From contig NC_058368.1 of assembly GCF_018350175.1 (NCBI RefSeq), positions 21,702,001-21,766,000 on the forward strand: a stretch of 64,000 nucleotides of DNA, written 5' to 3'. The notes beneath the pieces are model-generated. The model was not told the DNA's origin, did not search any database, and saw nothing but the letters and a program-made list of their open reading frames with translations. Positions 26,272 to 39,903 of the stretch are shown piece by piece. Source of the DNA: Felis catus (lineage: Eukaryota). Every line of letters starts with the position of its first letter. Position 1 is the stretch's first letter. A program made the position numbers and the translations under genes.

Positions 26272-27985
26272 TAAGGACTGTACTTTGAATAACATTGATA
26301 CTGCTCTGTCAGATTAAAGATGAATTCTAGTTATTAATATGTAGTGTTTTACTGGCCTAAGATTTTTTTTCTCTGAACTTTTTTGCCTTTACCTCCTTGA
26401 TATTTTACTTTCCTATTTAATTAGGTACTTCTGCATCAACACTTACACAGAGGTCTGTACTTCTGTTTTAGATCATGTTGTAAACAGAGTCACATAGGAA
26501 TTAAATAACTTGCCTAAAATCACACAGCTGATAAATGGGAAAGCTCTTAACCATTATGCTATAATGCCTCTCAATATAAATGTTTGTTCAGTGAATAATG
26601 CCTCATGAGTTGAAAATCCATCCAAAGCCTATCACTGGCATTTTTAACTTTGGCAAATTATATTAAACTTTATATAATCTTCTCTTGGTGACTTATCAGT
26701 TAGATATCCCATAGGATTTTATTGTCATTAGATCTGGGGGTGGGGCACATTAAGTTCTTAACATAATGAAAACCACCACCAAAATGCCATACTTTCACTA
26801 ATCAGATACAGTACAATTGTTTTGTTTGACCTTTTAGTAAAATATCTTTTTTAAAAAAACCCTAAGTTCCCTATATTAACAAGATAATAAAGAAAATTTA
26901 TACTATCATATCAGTTGATACAGAAAAAGCATTTGACAAAATCCAACACTCATTCTTGATAAAACTCTTGATACATTGCAGATAGAACTTGCTCAACTTT
27001 TTTTTAATTTTATTTTTTATTTTTAAAAGAGAACACAAGCTGGGGAAGGGCAGAGAGAGAGGGAGACACAGAATCTGAAGCAGGCTCCAGGCTTCAGGCT
27101 GTCAGCAAAGAGCCCAACTCGGAGTTCAAACTCATGAACCATGAATGAGATCATGACCTGAGCCAAAGTTGGATGCTTAACCGACTGAGCCACCCAGGTG
27201 CCCCTAGAACTTGATCAACTTGATAAAGAACATCTGCAAAAAAACCTACAGCTAACATCATACTTAATGGTGAAAAGACTGAGTGGTTTCCCCCTCAGAT
27301 CTGAGAACAAGGCAGGATGCCTATTCTTACTGCTCTTATTTAATATAGAATCTGCAAAAAAGCTCCTAGAATTAATAATTGAGTTCAGCAAAGTCACAGA
27401 AACAAGATTAACATGTAAAAGTCTATCACTTATATATGCTAACAATGAACATGCAGAAACCAAAATTAAAAGCACAATACCATTTATAGCCACTCTGAAG
27501 AAAATAAAATACTTTGTTATACATTAACAAAACATGTATAGGATATGTATGGTGAATATTATAAAATGCTGATGGAAGAAATCAAGTAAGACTTAAGTAA
27601 ATGGAGAGATGTATACTGTGGTCATGAACTGGAAAATTCATCATAGTAAAGATGCCTATTCTCTGATCTATTGGTTTAATGGAGTTTTTATCAAAATCCC
27701 ACCAAAGTCTTTTTGTAGACCAGACCAGCTTATTCGGAAATGTATATGGAAAGGCACAGACTCTACAAACCTAAAACAATCCTGACAAAGAATAACATAG
27801 AAGCAATTGCTCTACCCAATATTAAGGCTCTTGGACACATTTATCAATGGAACAGAAGATAAAACCCAGAAACAAATCCACACAAATACATTCAAGTTAC
27901 TTTTAGCAGGTGCGAAACCAATTCAATGGAGGAAGAATATCGTTTTTAGCAAATGGTACTAGAACAGTTGGAAATTCATGAGCAA

Positions 27986-27988
27986 AAA

Positions 27989-28038
<50 letters not shown>
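27986..28038 (+). repeat. (AAAT)n microsatellite
   Basis: Directly visible. Confidence 0.92.
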
Positions 28039-28039
<1 letters not shown>

Positions 28040-29155
28040 CCAACCTCAACCTAATTGCCACACCTATACAAAAACACAAAATGGATCCTAGATTTAAATG
28101 TAAAACATAAAACTATAAATGGAGAGAAATTTTCAGGATCCAGAGCCAGGCGAAGAGTTTTTATAGTTGACCACAAAAGCATAATCCATAAAAAGAAAGT
28201 TGGAGCTTAACAAATTAAAAAATTTTATTCTGTGAAAACCCATGTGAAGAAGATGAAAATAACTAGAGGCAAGAAGAAAACCACACATCCAATACAGGAC
28301 TAGTATCTAGCATATATAATGAACTCTTAAATGTTAGTATTAAAAAAATCAAAAAACAAAAAAGAGTCTAATTAGAAAATGGGCAAAGATGGAAGAGATA
28401 TTTCAGTGAAGGATATATACAGGTGGTACTTATGATGATGATGATTATTAATACATGATTAGCCATCAGAGAACTATGGATTAAAACCAACTAAGCAAGC
28501 ATCTATCAGAATGGCTAAAATAAACAATAATGACAACGTGAAAAGCTAGTGAAGATGCAGATAAATTGATTAAATCATATGTTGCTGATGAGAATGTGGA
28601 ATGGTATAATCACTCTGGAAAACATGTAGCTGCTATATAACCACCAGTTATACTCCTCATTTATTTCAGAGATATGAAAACTGGTATTCATACAAAACCT
28701 GTACATGAATGTTTGTAACAGCTTTATTTTGGAATAGCCATAACCTGGGACCAACCCAGATGTCTTTAAAGGGTAATTGGTTAAACTTTAGCATGTCTTT
28801 GCCATGAAATGCCATTCCGCAATTAAAAGGAACAAGCTGTTAATAGATGCAACAACTTATACAAATATTTAGGGAATTATGCTGGGCAAAAGAAAGCCCA
28901 TCACAAAAAGGTTCTATACTGTGTGATTCCGTTTATATAACATTTTTGAAGTGACAAAATTTTAGGAATGAAGGGCAGATTAGTGGTTGCCAAGGGTTAG
29001 ATACAGGGAGAGGGAGGTTGTTTGCTTATAAAAAGGCAACAGGAGGGCATCTTCTGTTTTTGGAACTGTTCAGTATTTTGACTAAAATCATGGATATATG
29101 ATCCTGTGTAGGTGATAAAACTGTATAGATTTGATACACTTAAAACATTCATACA

Positions 29156-29367
29156 GGGGCGCCTGGGTGGCGCAGTCGGTTAAGCGTCCGACTTCAGCCA
29201 GGTCACGATCTCGCGGTCCGTGAGTTCGAGCCCCGCGTCGGGCTCTGGGCTGATGGCTCAGAGCCTGGAGCCTGTTTCCGATTCTGTGTCTCCCTCTCTC
29301 TCTGCCCCTCCCCCGTTCATGCTCTGTCTCTCTCTGTCCCCCAAAAAACAAATAAACGTTGAAAAAA

Positions 29368-29398
<31 letters not shown>
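29156..29398 (+). mobile_element. Young SINEC_Fc-type element with long poly-A and TSD
   Basis: Consensus-like, CpGs intact; TSD aaaacattcataca. Confidence 0.96.
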
Positions 29399-29621
29399 CA
29401 TTCATACAGTGAATACAAGTAAGACAGGAAATCTGAATAAGATCAAGGGATTATATCCATGTCAATGTCTTGGTTGTGATATTATACTATAGTTCTGCAA
29501 AATGTTAATTAAGAGAACCTGAGCTAGAGATTTCTGCATTGTTTCGTATAACTGCATTCAAATTTACAATCATCTCAATCAAAACTTAATGAAATGCTGT
29601 TATTGGTTTTAATGCTGAATT

Positions 29622-30559
29622 AGTTTTTTTCTTTTTTCTTTTAATTCCAGTTAGTTAACATATAGTTAACTTTCAGGTGTATGTACACCTTTCTGTTGTA
29701 AAACTGTACAACTTTCAGGTGTACAATATAGTGGTTCAACACTTCCATACAACTGAATGCTCATCACAAGCGCAGTCCTTAATCCCCATCACGTATTTAA
29801 CCCCTCCACCTCTCCACCTCCCCTCTGGTACCCATCAGTTTGTTCTCTATAATTAAGAGTCTGTTTCTTGGTTTGTCTCTCTGTCTCCTTTTTTTCTTCT
29901 TGCTCATTTGTTTTATAAATGAAACCATATGAAGGAAATCATATGGTATTTGTCTTTCTCTGAATTATTTCGCTTAGCATAATACTCTCTGGCTCCATCC
30001 ATGTCATTGTAAATGGGAAGACTTCATTCTTTTTAGGCCTGAATAATATATACATATACTGTATCTTCTTTATCCATTCATCAATCAGTGGACATTTGGG
30101 CTGTTTCCATATCTTGGCTATTGTAAAGAACGCTGTGATAAACGTTGAGTTCCACATATCCCTTTGAATTAGTGTTTTTGTATTCTTTAGGTAAATACCC
30201 ACTAGCGTGATTGCTGGATTATAGGGTAGATCTATTTTTAGTTTCTTGAGGAAACCCCATACTGTTTTCCAGAGTGGCTATACCAGTTCTCATTCCCATT
30301 GACAGTGCACAAGGGTTCCTTTTTCTCCACCTCCTTACTAACACTTGTTCTTTTTGTGTTTTTGATTTTAGCCATTCCAACAGGGTGAGGTGATATCTCA
30401 TTGAAGTTTTGATTTGCATTTCCCTGATGATAAATGATGACAAGCACCTTTTCGTGTGTCTGTTGACCATAGTTATGTCTTTGGAGAAATGTCTGTTTAT
30501 GTCTTCTGCCCATTTAAAAAAAATTTTTTTTTCTTAATGTTTGTTTATTTATTTTTGAC

Positions 30560-30610
<51 letters not shown>

Positions 30611-32300
30611 CATGAGTGGGGGGAGGGGCAGAGAGAAGGAGACCCAGAATTCGAAGTAGGCTCCAGGCTCTGAGCTGTCAGCACAGAGCCCGACACGGGG
30701 CCTGAACTCACAGAGTGCGAGATCATGACCTGAGCCGAAGTTGGACGCTCAACCTACTGAGCCACCCAGGCACCCCTGCCCATTTTTTGATTGGATTATT
30801 TATCTTGGGGGTATTGAGTTTTGTAAATTCTTTGTATATTTTGAATATGTCATTTACAAATATCTTCTCCCATTCTGTATGTAGGTTGCCTTTTAGTCTT
30901 GATTGTTTTCTTCACTATGTAGAAGCTTTTATTTTGATGTAGGCCCAATAGGTTTATTTTTGCTTTTGTTTCCCTTGCCTCAGGAGACATATCTAGAAAA
31001 AAGCTTCTATAGCTGATGTCAAAGAGGTTATTGCCTGTGTTCTCTTCTAGGATTCTTATGGTTTCAGTACTCATATTTAGGTCTTTAACCCATTTTGAAT
31101 TTATTTTTGTGTTTGGTGAAGAAAGTGATCCAGTTTCTTTTGCATGTTACTGTCCAAGTTTCCCAGCACCATTTCTTGAAGAGACTGTCCTTTTCCCATT
31201 GGATATTCTTTCCTGCCTTGTCAAAGATTAATTGACCATATAGTTGTGGGATTATTACTGGGTTTTCTATTCTCTTCTGTTGACCTATATGTCTATTTTT
31301 GTGCCAGTACCATAATGTCTTGATGACTACAGCATTGTAATACAACTTGAAGTCTGGAATTGTGATGCCTCCAGCTTTGCTTTTCTTTTTCAAGATTACT
31401 TTGACTATTTGGGGTCTTTTGTGGTTCCATACAAATTTTAGAATTGTTTGTTCTAGTTGTGTGAAAAATGCTATTGGTATTTTTTTTTTTTTATGTTTAT
31501 TTATTTTTGAGAGAAACAGAGCACTAGCAGGTGAGGGGGGAGAGAGAGAGAAAGGGAGAGAGAGAGAAAGAAAAAGAATCCGAAGCAGGCTCCAGGCTCT
31601 GAACTGTCAGCATGGAGCCTGACGCGGGGCTCGAACTCACAAACTCTGAGATCGTGACCTGAGCCGAAGTCGGACACTCAACCGACTGAGCCACCCAGGT
31701 GCCCCGCCTTCAGTTTCTTTCTTCAGTGTTTTTACAGTTTTCAGAGTACCAGTGTTTCACTTCTTTGTTAGGTGTATTCCTCAGTATCTTGTTATTTTGG
31801 GTGCAGCTATAACTGAGAGTTTTTTCTTAATTTCTCTTTCTGCTGCTTCATTGTTCGTATATAGAAATGCAACAGATTTCTGTATGTTGATTATGTATCC
31901 TGCCACTTTACTGAGTCATTTGCCAGTTTTCACAGTTTTTTGGTAGAATCTTTCAGATTTTCCATACAGAGTATCATTCATCTGCAAAGAGTGAGAGTTT
32001 TACTTCTTCCTCACCAGTTTGGATGCCTTGTATTTCTTTTTGTTGTCTGATTGCTGTGCCTAGGACTTGCAGCACTATGTTGAATGAAAGTGGGTAGAGT
32101 GGACACATCCCTGTCTTGTTCCTGACCTTAGAGGAAAAGCTCTCAGTTTTTTCCTATTAAGGATAATGTTAGCTGTAGGTTTTTCATAAATGGACTTTAT
32201 TATGTTCCCTCTAAACCTACTTTGTTGAGGTTTTTTTGTCATGAATGGATGTTGTACTTTTGTCAAAGGCTTTTCCAATGTCTGTTGAAATGATCATATG
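29622..32300 (-). mobile_element. Carnivore L1, 5'-truncated (ORF2 C-terminal part plus 3' UTR), with SINEs at 30514-30776 and 31480-31705
   Basis: Minus-strand ORF fragments [64 protein letters not shown]; frameshifted. Confidence 0.93.
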
Positions 32301-33051
32301 TAAAACTTTGAATTAATAAATGAGAATCCAAAAGAAAGCAGCAGTTGTTTGATGAGATTAGCTAAGTGATCCTTCAGGAAAAATAATTTCTGTTATGTTG
32401 TCAGATTTTTACCTGATTGATGAACCAGTAGTGTTTTGGTTTAAAAGAAATTAATCAGAGTATAATACACTGAGCAGAGTGTCCAAAATGTAAATATAAC
32501 ATATAAAACTTGTGGGTGACTATCCTTATGTCTGCACAGCAGTAGTATCATTTCATAAATGTTAATATTGAAGAGAAGGCCTTATCTTGTGAGCCTTTTT
32601 TCCTACTTCTTTAGAAGCCTTTAGATAAAAAATAAATAAATAAATAAAGCAAGTAGTAAAATATATCTAAGAAACAGCTCTGTAACCAGCCACAACCTGG
32701 GTTCAAATCTTATCTGATATTTCCTAGGTATATAATTTAATTTATCCAGGTTCTCTGTATCTTCATTTACTGCTCTGTGAAATAAAAGTAATTTTATTTT
32801 TAATTTTACAGGAACTAAAGCTAGATAAGAATTTAACACAATGAATGTATTGCTGGATAAAAACAAATTTAATTCTGTTGCATTCAAAGTGGGGCTGATA
32901 GATATTTTTTTCATAACGTGTTTAAGAAGTGATTGCTGGGGATGTCTCAGTCAGTTAAGTGTCTGACTTCGCTTCAGGTCATGATCCAGCAGTTAGTTTG
33001 AGTTTGAATCCTGCATTGGGCTCTGTACTGACAGTGTGGAGCTTGCTTGGG

Positions 33052-33099
<48 letters not shown>

Positions 33100-33804
33100 T
33101 AAACTTTAAAAAAAAAAGTGATTGCTTATTCCACAGATATAGGTATAGAATTTAGATATAGAATGTACTTTTTCAAGATGAAGAGAGAAATTTGGGAATG
33201 AAAAAGAACTTTATATAGACATCAATGTATAGAATTTGTTAACTCAGAAAATACTAGGTGAGTCTTAAGAAATTGCCCGTAAGTAACCTTTTTAACATAC
33301 AAAGTGGCCATTCCCTGTAGTTCAACCGTAATAGTCAGAAAACAGAAAGTCTAAATAGGTTAAATATATAGTTGGGTAATAGATTAATAATAGGTTTTTA
33401 AAGGAACTTTAAAAATGGATCATGTGTTTGTGTGTGTGTGTGAGAGAGAGAGATTGAACATAAAGTAGGTGTTGAAACTAGGGTCGTTCCCATATCTTTT
33501 GAGCTCCCCTCCCACTTGATGAAAGAGATGCCTTTTATGGATGCTGAATTTATTGTAGTACAATGTCTTAAGAGGGTAAAAATCTCTAGATTGTCAAGTA
33601 AAGGGACAGTTTAAGTTACTGGTTTGATGAAGCTCCCTTTAATGCTTAATTAAATCACCAGAAACCTGCCCAGGGATTATGTGTTCTTGGCTTATACATA
33701 GTTTTTATTAAGAGTAATGTATGATTTTCATGCCCTGGGATATTTTGGCTTACTTAGGATGCTTTCAGTTCAAATGTGGAATTCATTACTTTATTTTTGA
33801 TAAA

Positions 33805-34841
33805 AGAAACAATTTACTAAGTAACTACAATAACTTTAAAAACAAATTAACTTGCACTTGCCTTTGAAAACCTTCGTGGCTGGTGTGAGGGAGACAGGAG
33901 GGTTTGTGTAGATGACTTTCACTATCAAGTAACAGAATCACTACTATCTATTGGCTCAATGGAATATTTTTCTTTTCATGCAACTATAACAAGAAACCTA
34001 TCCAATGACTTTTGCTTTTGCTTCCTTTTCAGGATTTTGTAGAAATGTGACATCGCATGGTTATTAGACAGGTTCTTTGCTCACACTGCTTTATATAGCC
34101 TTATTCAGGTGGTGGTTTTCTACAAAATTTTGCACTGTTTCCCACATTTTACACATCTCTAATCTCATTTGAAGTGAGAGTTTCCTCCGCCTTTTTCTCC
34201 TCCTCCCCTGCAGACGAGGTGCAGATGCAGACTTCTTATAAAATCTTGCAGTTTCGGCCATTCGCATACTTCGTTCGTACTTCTCAATGATTTCATTCTT
34301 AACTTCCACTGTAATCATCTCCTTCTTACTGCCTTTCTTTTCAACCTTTTTATGCATGGGGGCTATTATATATGTTCTCACGGATGTTGACTACAGTATT
34401 AATAAACTCTTGTCATATACTGTACTTAATGTAACTGTCAATAAGCAGCAGAGAGAAGGGTCTATATCTGCAGGCAGTCTGACCTAGAATGAAGCAAAGA
34501 ATTCCTAAGCTTACTCTTGGGTGGAAAAACAAAGGACTGTCCATTGGTACTTTGAAGTGACAAAAAATATACTAGTGCCAGTTGTGGGCACCTTGCAACG
34601 TTCTGAAAAATCACTGATTTCTGCCAAGCAGTGTGGCCTGAGACCAAGCATCCGAGCATGGGAGATGATCTCCCCACAATCCCACACTGAGAGAGTGAGA
34701 AGAGCCATGGGCTCAGTTGTGACCACATGACATTTGGCATGACGCCCTACTCATTTACCAAATTAAAATGTATTAGAAATGTTTGTTTATCTTGTGGAAC
34801 ACTCGCAGAACAAGTTAGTCACAACTCAATGTTGTGCTGTA
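33805..34841 (-). mobile_element. Tigger/pogo-family (TcMar) non-autonomous DNA transposon with internally deleted transposase
   Basis: Minus ORF 34091-34381 has a CENP-B-like HTH (KKEMITVEVKNEIIEKYERSMRMAETARFY); downstream KRKQKQKSLDRFL is a Tigger-like C-terminus; right end ...ctg followed by ta. Confidence 0.8.
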
Positions 34842-35370
34842 TGTCCAAATACATATAAAGCAAAAATTGACAAAATTACAAGGCAGAATTTCTTAAAGAC
34901 ATAATCATTGTGGTAGATTTTCTTGTCAGTAATAAACACACCAATTAATAGGGGAAAGAAAAGTTAAATAACTTAATTTGCAAGTGTTTTCTAAAAAACA
35001 TGTATAAAACCCCTTGAAAAATGGCTCTGTGATAGTATAAAGCTATAATTTCCAAAGTGCACTGAGGCAACATGGGGCTCCAGAGGGACATTTGGGAAAT
35101 TGTGAGATTTTAAGGGAAACGTCGCAACATTTAACATCTTTTAGATATCACAGAACTATTAGGGATTGATTGAGGTAGTTTATGATTTAAACATTAGATC
35201 TCACTGCATTTGTTTAATCACATATTTTGTTTAAGAGTGAAATAAAATTTTTTCCTTTCAGTTTATATGCCTCCCTGCTCCCCACACACAATCTCCAACC
35301 CCGCAACCCCTCAATCCCCTGCCAATGACTATTAAGTTGTTTGCACCTAACTATTTGAAAAGGATATTTA

Positions 35371-35585
35371 GGTGCACTTGGGTGGCTCAGTCCGTTACGT
35401 GTTACGTGCTGAACTCTTAGTTTCAGCTCAGGTCATGATCTCAGGGTTTGTGAGTTTAAGCCCTATGTTGGGCTCTGCACAGACAGCTACAGAGCCTGCT
35501 TGGGATTCTCTGTCTCCCTTTCTCTCATACCCTCCCCTGCTGTCTCTCTATCTCAAAAATAATAAATAAACATTAAAAAAAAATT
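35371..35585 (+). mobile_element. CAN-SINE (older)
   Basis: SINE body and A tail; atttaggt flanks. Confidence 0.85.
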
Positions 35586-36014
35586 TAGGTATTTCCTTTG
35601 GCCTACCTGTGGACTGAGAAACTTCAAGAAAATCTGGTATAAGGCAAATATCAGTTAATTTCAGAGTGTTGTGCAGACTATATTCTCTGATCACCATACA
35701 GTTAAATTAGAAATCTGGGAATAAGATAGTTACAAAAACCTCATAGTGTGAAAAGAAAGAAATGAAGGAAGGGAGGGAGGGAGGAAGGAGGAAAGGAAGG
35801 AAGGACTTCTAACCTTGACCATCACAGAAATCCTAGTGGCTATTATGATTACCTAGAAATGAGCAATAGGAAAAATAATTACGTCAGAGCCTGTTGAATA
35901 CAGTTAAAAAGATACTTCTCAAGAGAAATTTATAGTAAGTGGAGATATAGAACAAATAATAATAGGAATTTAAAAGGCATATTAATGTATATGTGGCATA
36001 GGTTTTAAAATATT

Positions 36015-36493
36015 AGTACATCACTTAGTTTTTGCTGTGTAATAAACCAACCCAAAACCAAATAGCTTCAAACAATAGCCATTTTATTCAACTAATAATT
36101 TTGTGGGTTGGCAGAGTGGTTCTTCTAGTCTGGGCCACTTCAGCTGATATTTGCTGGGTTCCCTCATTCACTGATGATGGGTTAGCTGGTGATTAGATGA
36201 TCTAAAGATGGTCTCACACAACTTTCTGGCTATTGGCTGAGACCTTGGTTGCCTTCTACATAGCCTCATCCTGTAGCAGGCTAGCACAGTGTTCACATGG
36301 TGGTTTTAGAATTGTAAGAGCAGCAAGAGAGGACATCCTCAGATGTGTAAGCAGTTTTCAAGTACGTTTGAGTAATGTCTCATTGCCAAAGCAAGTCACA
36401 CAGCCATACCTGGAATCAGTGCGGGGGCAGGATCAGACTATCCAGAGGCATTGGAAGGGGGAATTACAGCCATTTTGCCGACAGTGTGCCACA
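36015..36493 (-). mobile_element. MaLR (MLT1-like) solo LTR
   Basis: ttgctgtgtaataaaccaacccaaaac ... cattgccaaagcaagtcaca ... gccaca. Confidence 0.7.
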
Positions 36494-36499
36494 ATTTGA

Positions 36500-37460
36500 T
36501 GATGAGTAATTTTTTGCCAATAGATTTGAAAACTTAGCTGAAATGACCAACTTCCTACTAGAAAAAAAAAATTACCCAGCTAACTCAAGAAGAAATGAAA
36601 ACCTGAATAGTTCTAAAAATAAAGAAATTATTTCAGTAGCTAAAAATGTTTAACCTCTTCTAACCTCCTGAAAAAGAAAAGGTAATCTTGCAGACAGAAC
36701 TCCAGCAAACATTCAAAGAACAGGTAATTTCTTATTAAATGATTTTAGAGAAGGTAAGGAGGGAACACTGCCCAACTTGTTCTGTGAAGCTAGCAAACCC
36801 ATGACGTTGAGAATGTGACCAAGACAGCATAAGAAAAGGTGCTTATAAGCCAGTTTCACTTATGAACATAGGTTTAAAAATGCGAAATAAAATATTAGTA
36901 AATTAAATCCAGTAAAGAATAACTCTTTAAACTTTCAAGGGGGGCTCCTGAGTGGCTCAGTCGCTAAGTATCTGACTTCAGCTCAGGTCTTGATGTCACC
37001 ATCCATGAGTTCGAGCCCCACGTCTAGCTCTGTGCTGACAGCTCAGAACCTGGAACCTGCTTCAGATTCTGTGTGTGTGTCTCTCTCTGCCCCTCCTCTG
37101 CCTGCACTCTGTCTCTCTCCTCTCTCAAAAATAAACATTAAAAACATTTTTTAATTAAAAAAAATTTCAAGAACAGTTTATCCCAGGTCTTGCAAACTTG
37201 TAAATTTTACATTGCAAGGTTCTAAGTTTAACATTAGAAAGTCAATTAATTTACCCCATTACAGATGAAAGGGGAAAATTGTATGTCAATATCAATAGAT
37301 GCAAAAGAAGCACAGTTTAATAAAATGAAGCACCTATTTGTGGCTGAAAAGGTAAAAGAAAAAAAATCTTAGCAAATTAGGTATAGAAATGAGCTTCCTT
37401 ACCCCCCCCCCCCCAAAAAAAAAGACTGCAAACATCATATGTCATGATAAAATGCTATCC
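36500..37460 (+). mobile_element. Old L1 ORF2 fragment with a CAN-SINE at 36939-37163 (+)
   Basis: tttgaaaacttagctgaaatgac, aactcaagaagaaatgaaaacctgaatag, atcaatagatgcaaaagaagca. Confidence 0.75.
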
Positions 37461-39305
37461 CTGCTTTAGGCATTGTTGTTTATAAGAGGCTTTAGCTATA
37501 TTTATGCTTTGTATTGCTTTTATGCCTGAAATACCTGTTGGAGTTGGAGAAATGGAGAGCGTATGATTCCTGAAAGACCTTTGGAGGCTTCATTATTCAG
37601 ACTGGAAAATAATTAGAAGAAAACAATAAAAATAGAATGGGATGAACTTAGGGAAACTTTTAAATAAATTCCAAGAGATGTTAAAATTGCCATATAAAAG
37701 ATTTTAAAATTAACCATGTTACAAATCACGAAGTACAATGCATAGATGCTTTTAAGTTTTGAAACAATGTCAAACTTAAATTGTGAAATTCAAATTTGCA
37801 GTAGTACAAAAAACACTGTGCACTCTTTGCTCAACACCCAGCTTCCTTGTTTGTTAGCTGTTTTCTATATTTGCCTTATTCTCTCTCTCTCTTTCTCTCT
37901 CTGATTTACACACACATACACACACTTTTTCTTAAACCAGTTAAGTTGCAGGCATAATGCCCCATTACCCTTAATATGTCAGTTCATATTTCATAAAAAC
38001 ATATACTTTCCTATGTAACCACATGGCATTTGTCAAATTAACACAGATAAATATTTACTGATTCATAGATCTAATTCACATTTTGCTAATTCCTAATAAT
38101 GTCCTTATGAATCTAAGATCCAGTCCAGGATTAGACATTGCACTTGTCACGTTTCCTCAATCTCATCCAATCTGGTAGTTCTTCAGTTTTTATCTTTCAT
38201 GACACGTTTTTCAAGAGTACACACTAGTTTTTGTAGAATGGCAGGTTTAGGTTTGTCTCATTTTCCTCCAGTGGTGGTGGTGGTGGTTGTGGTGGGGATT
38301 TTGGTCAGGAATACCATACAAGTGGTGTTTTCTCAGTGCATCAGACCAGAAGGCACACAATGTGGATTTGTTCTTTACTCATGCTAACCCTTGCCACTTG
38401 GTTAAGATGCTGTCTGCCAAGTTTTTCCACTATAAATTAATAAGTATTTTGTGGAGAGCCACTTGAGACTATAAAATATCAGTGCATGGATTTTAATATT
38501 TGTGAAATGCATTAATTTAAAAATGATGTAGAATTGATTGAGTAGTTGCTAAAGAAGTATGCTGTGATATAAATAGAAGTTGGTATGTAATCTAATATTA
38601 GCATATGTATAAGCCTCAGTTTGTTTAAGATGCTTGCTTTTACATTGGACAAAAGTAGATGTACAGATAATCCAGAAAACTTCAGATATACATATATTTC
38701 CAGTTTTACCTTTCTATTTGATCTGAATTTTAACATCAATATTAATACCTCTTCAGTAACTTTCTGTTATAATCAAACACTTCTGTAAATATTGTATTGA
38801 AGACTAGGTGGTACAGCCTTTGAAATTATAAATTGAAAAGGATTTTAGAAGTCATTCAGACTTTAATTTATTTAGACTTAATTATATAAACAAACTAAAA
38901 ACTTAAAAGAAGATTGATTTATCCAGAGTGATATGTGAAATGGCGTATGTTGCTGCCATTACAAACTATTGAAATCCCATAAAATGTAGAAATATATTTG
39001 CTAGAAGAGAATTTTTGTTTGTAAAAGCCAGATAGCAAGAATTTAAATATAAGATGTTGGCAAGTAGGTGGCATTTATGCTAATGAATTCCCTTTCCCCA
39101 CATTCCCAACAAGCATACAGACCTTAACATTTGAGCATTAAACTCTTTCCCATCTAGGCAACTTCTTGCTTTAGTAAGTAGATGAAAGCTAGCATGCTAG
39201 TTGGAATGTATTTGCTAGACTGTTACAGTAATACTGCATTCCCAAATGTGAATCTTTACTAAAGATGGGGAGGCATGATATTGGTCAAAACTATCATGTT
39301 TAATA

Positions 39306-39309
<4 letters not shown>

Positions 39310-39355
<46 letters not shown>
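39310..39355 (+). repeat. (GT)n microsatellite about 100 nt upstream of exon 3
   Basis: Directly visible. Confidence 0.95.
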
Positions 39356-39359
<4 letters not shown>

Positions 39360-39455
39360 CTGTACTGTTACCAGTTAATTTCATTACCAAGTCCAGAATG
39401 TGGCCCGTCAATGGTTTGGTACTATACACATTTAATTCATGTTATCCTTATCCAG

Positions 39456-39545
39456 AACAAAAGAGATGAACACTTACTGAAAAAAAGAAATGTTCCCCAA
39501 GAAGAAAGCTTAGAAGATTCAGATGTTGATGCTGATTTTAAAGCA
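39456..39545 (+). CDS. KPNA3: KPNA3 exon 3: [30 protein letters not shown]
   Basis: tatccag acceptor, gtaagt donor; 90 nt; the [17 protein letters not shown] segment favours KPNA3 over KPNA4. Confidence 0.97.
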
Positions 39546-39734
39546 GTAAGTTACTTTGGTGTTATAAAGTGTTTTTACAATAATTTTATAATCAGAGAAC
39601 TTCATTTTGAATTTAAGATCAATTTTATGATGATAATTAATGTATATTAACTCATAACTTTAGTAAATAGATTATTTAATAAATGTGATTTTGCTAATAA
39701 ACTCTTCCCTGAACTGTCTTTTTTTTCTTTTAAG

Positions 39735-39764
39735 CAAAATGTAACACTAGAAGCTATATTGCAG
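39735..39764 (+). CDS. KPNA3: KPNA3 exon 4 (30-nt microexon): QNVTLEAILQ
   Basis: polypyrimidine tract plus taag acceptor, CAG|gtatgt donor; in frame with neighbouring exons. Confidence 0.95.
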
Positions 39765-39850
39765 GTATGTTATTAGTTTAATATTTGCATTTTGAAGTAT
39801 TTGGAAATTGATATTTTTTAAATTTCTAAAATTCACATTTGATGTTACAG

Positions 39851-39903
39851 AATGCCACAAGTGATAACCCAGTGGTCCAGTTAAGTGCTGTCCAGGCTGC
39901 AAG
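39851..39903 (+). CDS. KPNA3: KPNA3 exon 5: NATSDNPVVQLSAVQAA(R)
   Basis: ttacag acceptor, AAG|gtaaat donor; 53 nt. Confidence 0.96.

Larger units (their letters stand above)
26880..29590 (+). mobile_element. Old decayed L1 (ORF2 RT region to 3' UTR) with SINEs at 26998-27204 (-) and 29156-29398 (+)
   Basis: gatacagaaaaagcatttgacaaaatccaaca (DAEKAFDKIQH motif); ORF 27198-27527 resembles ORF2; internal deletions. Confidence 0.88.

Noticed and set aside
29622..32300. Active full-length L1
   Set aside because: 5'-truncated, frameshifted and interrupted by SINEs.
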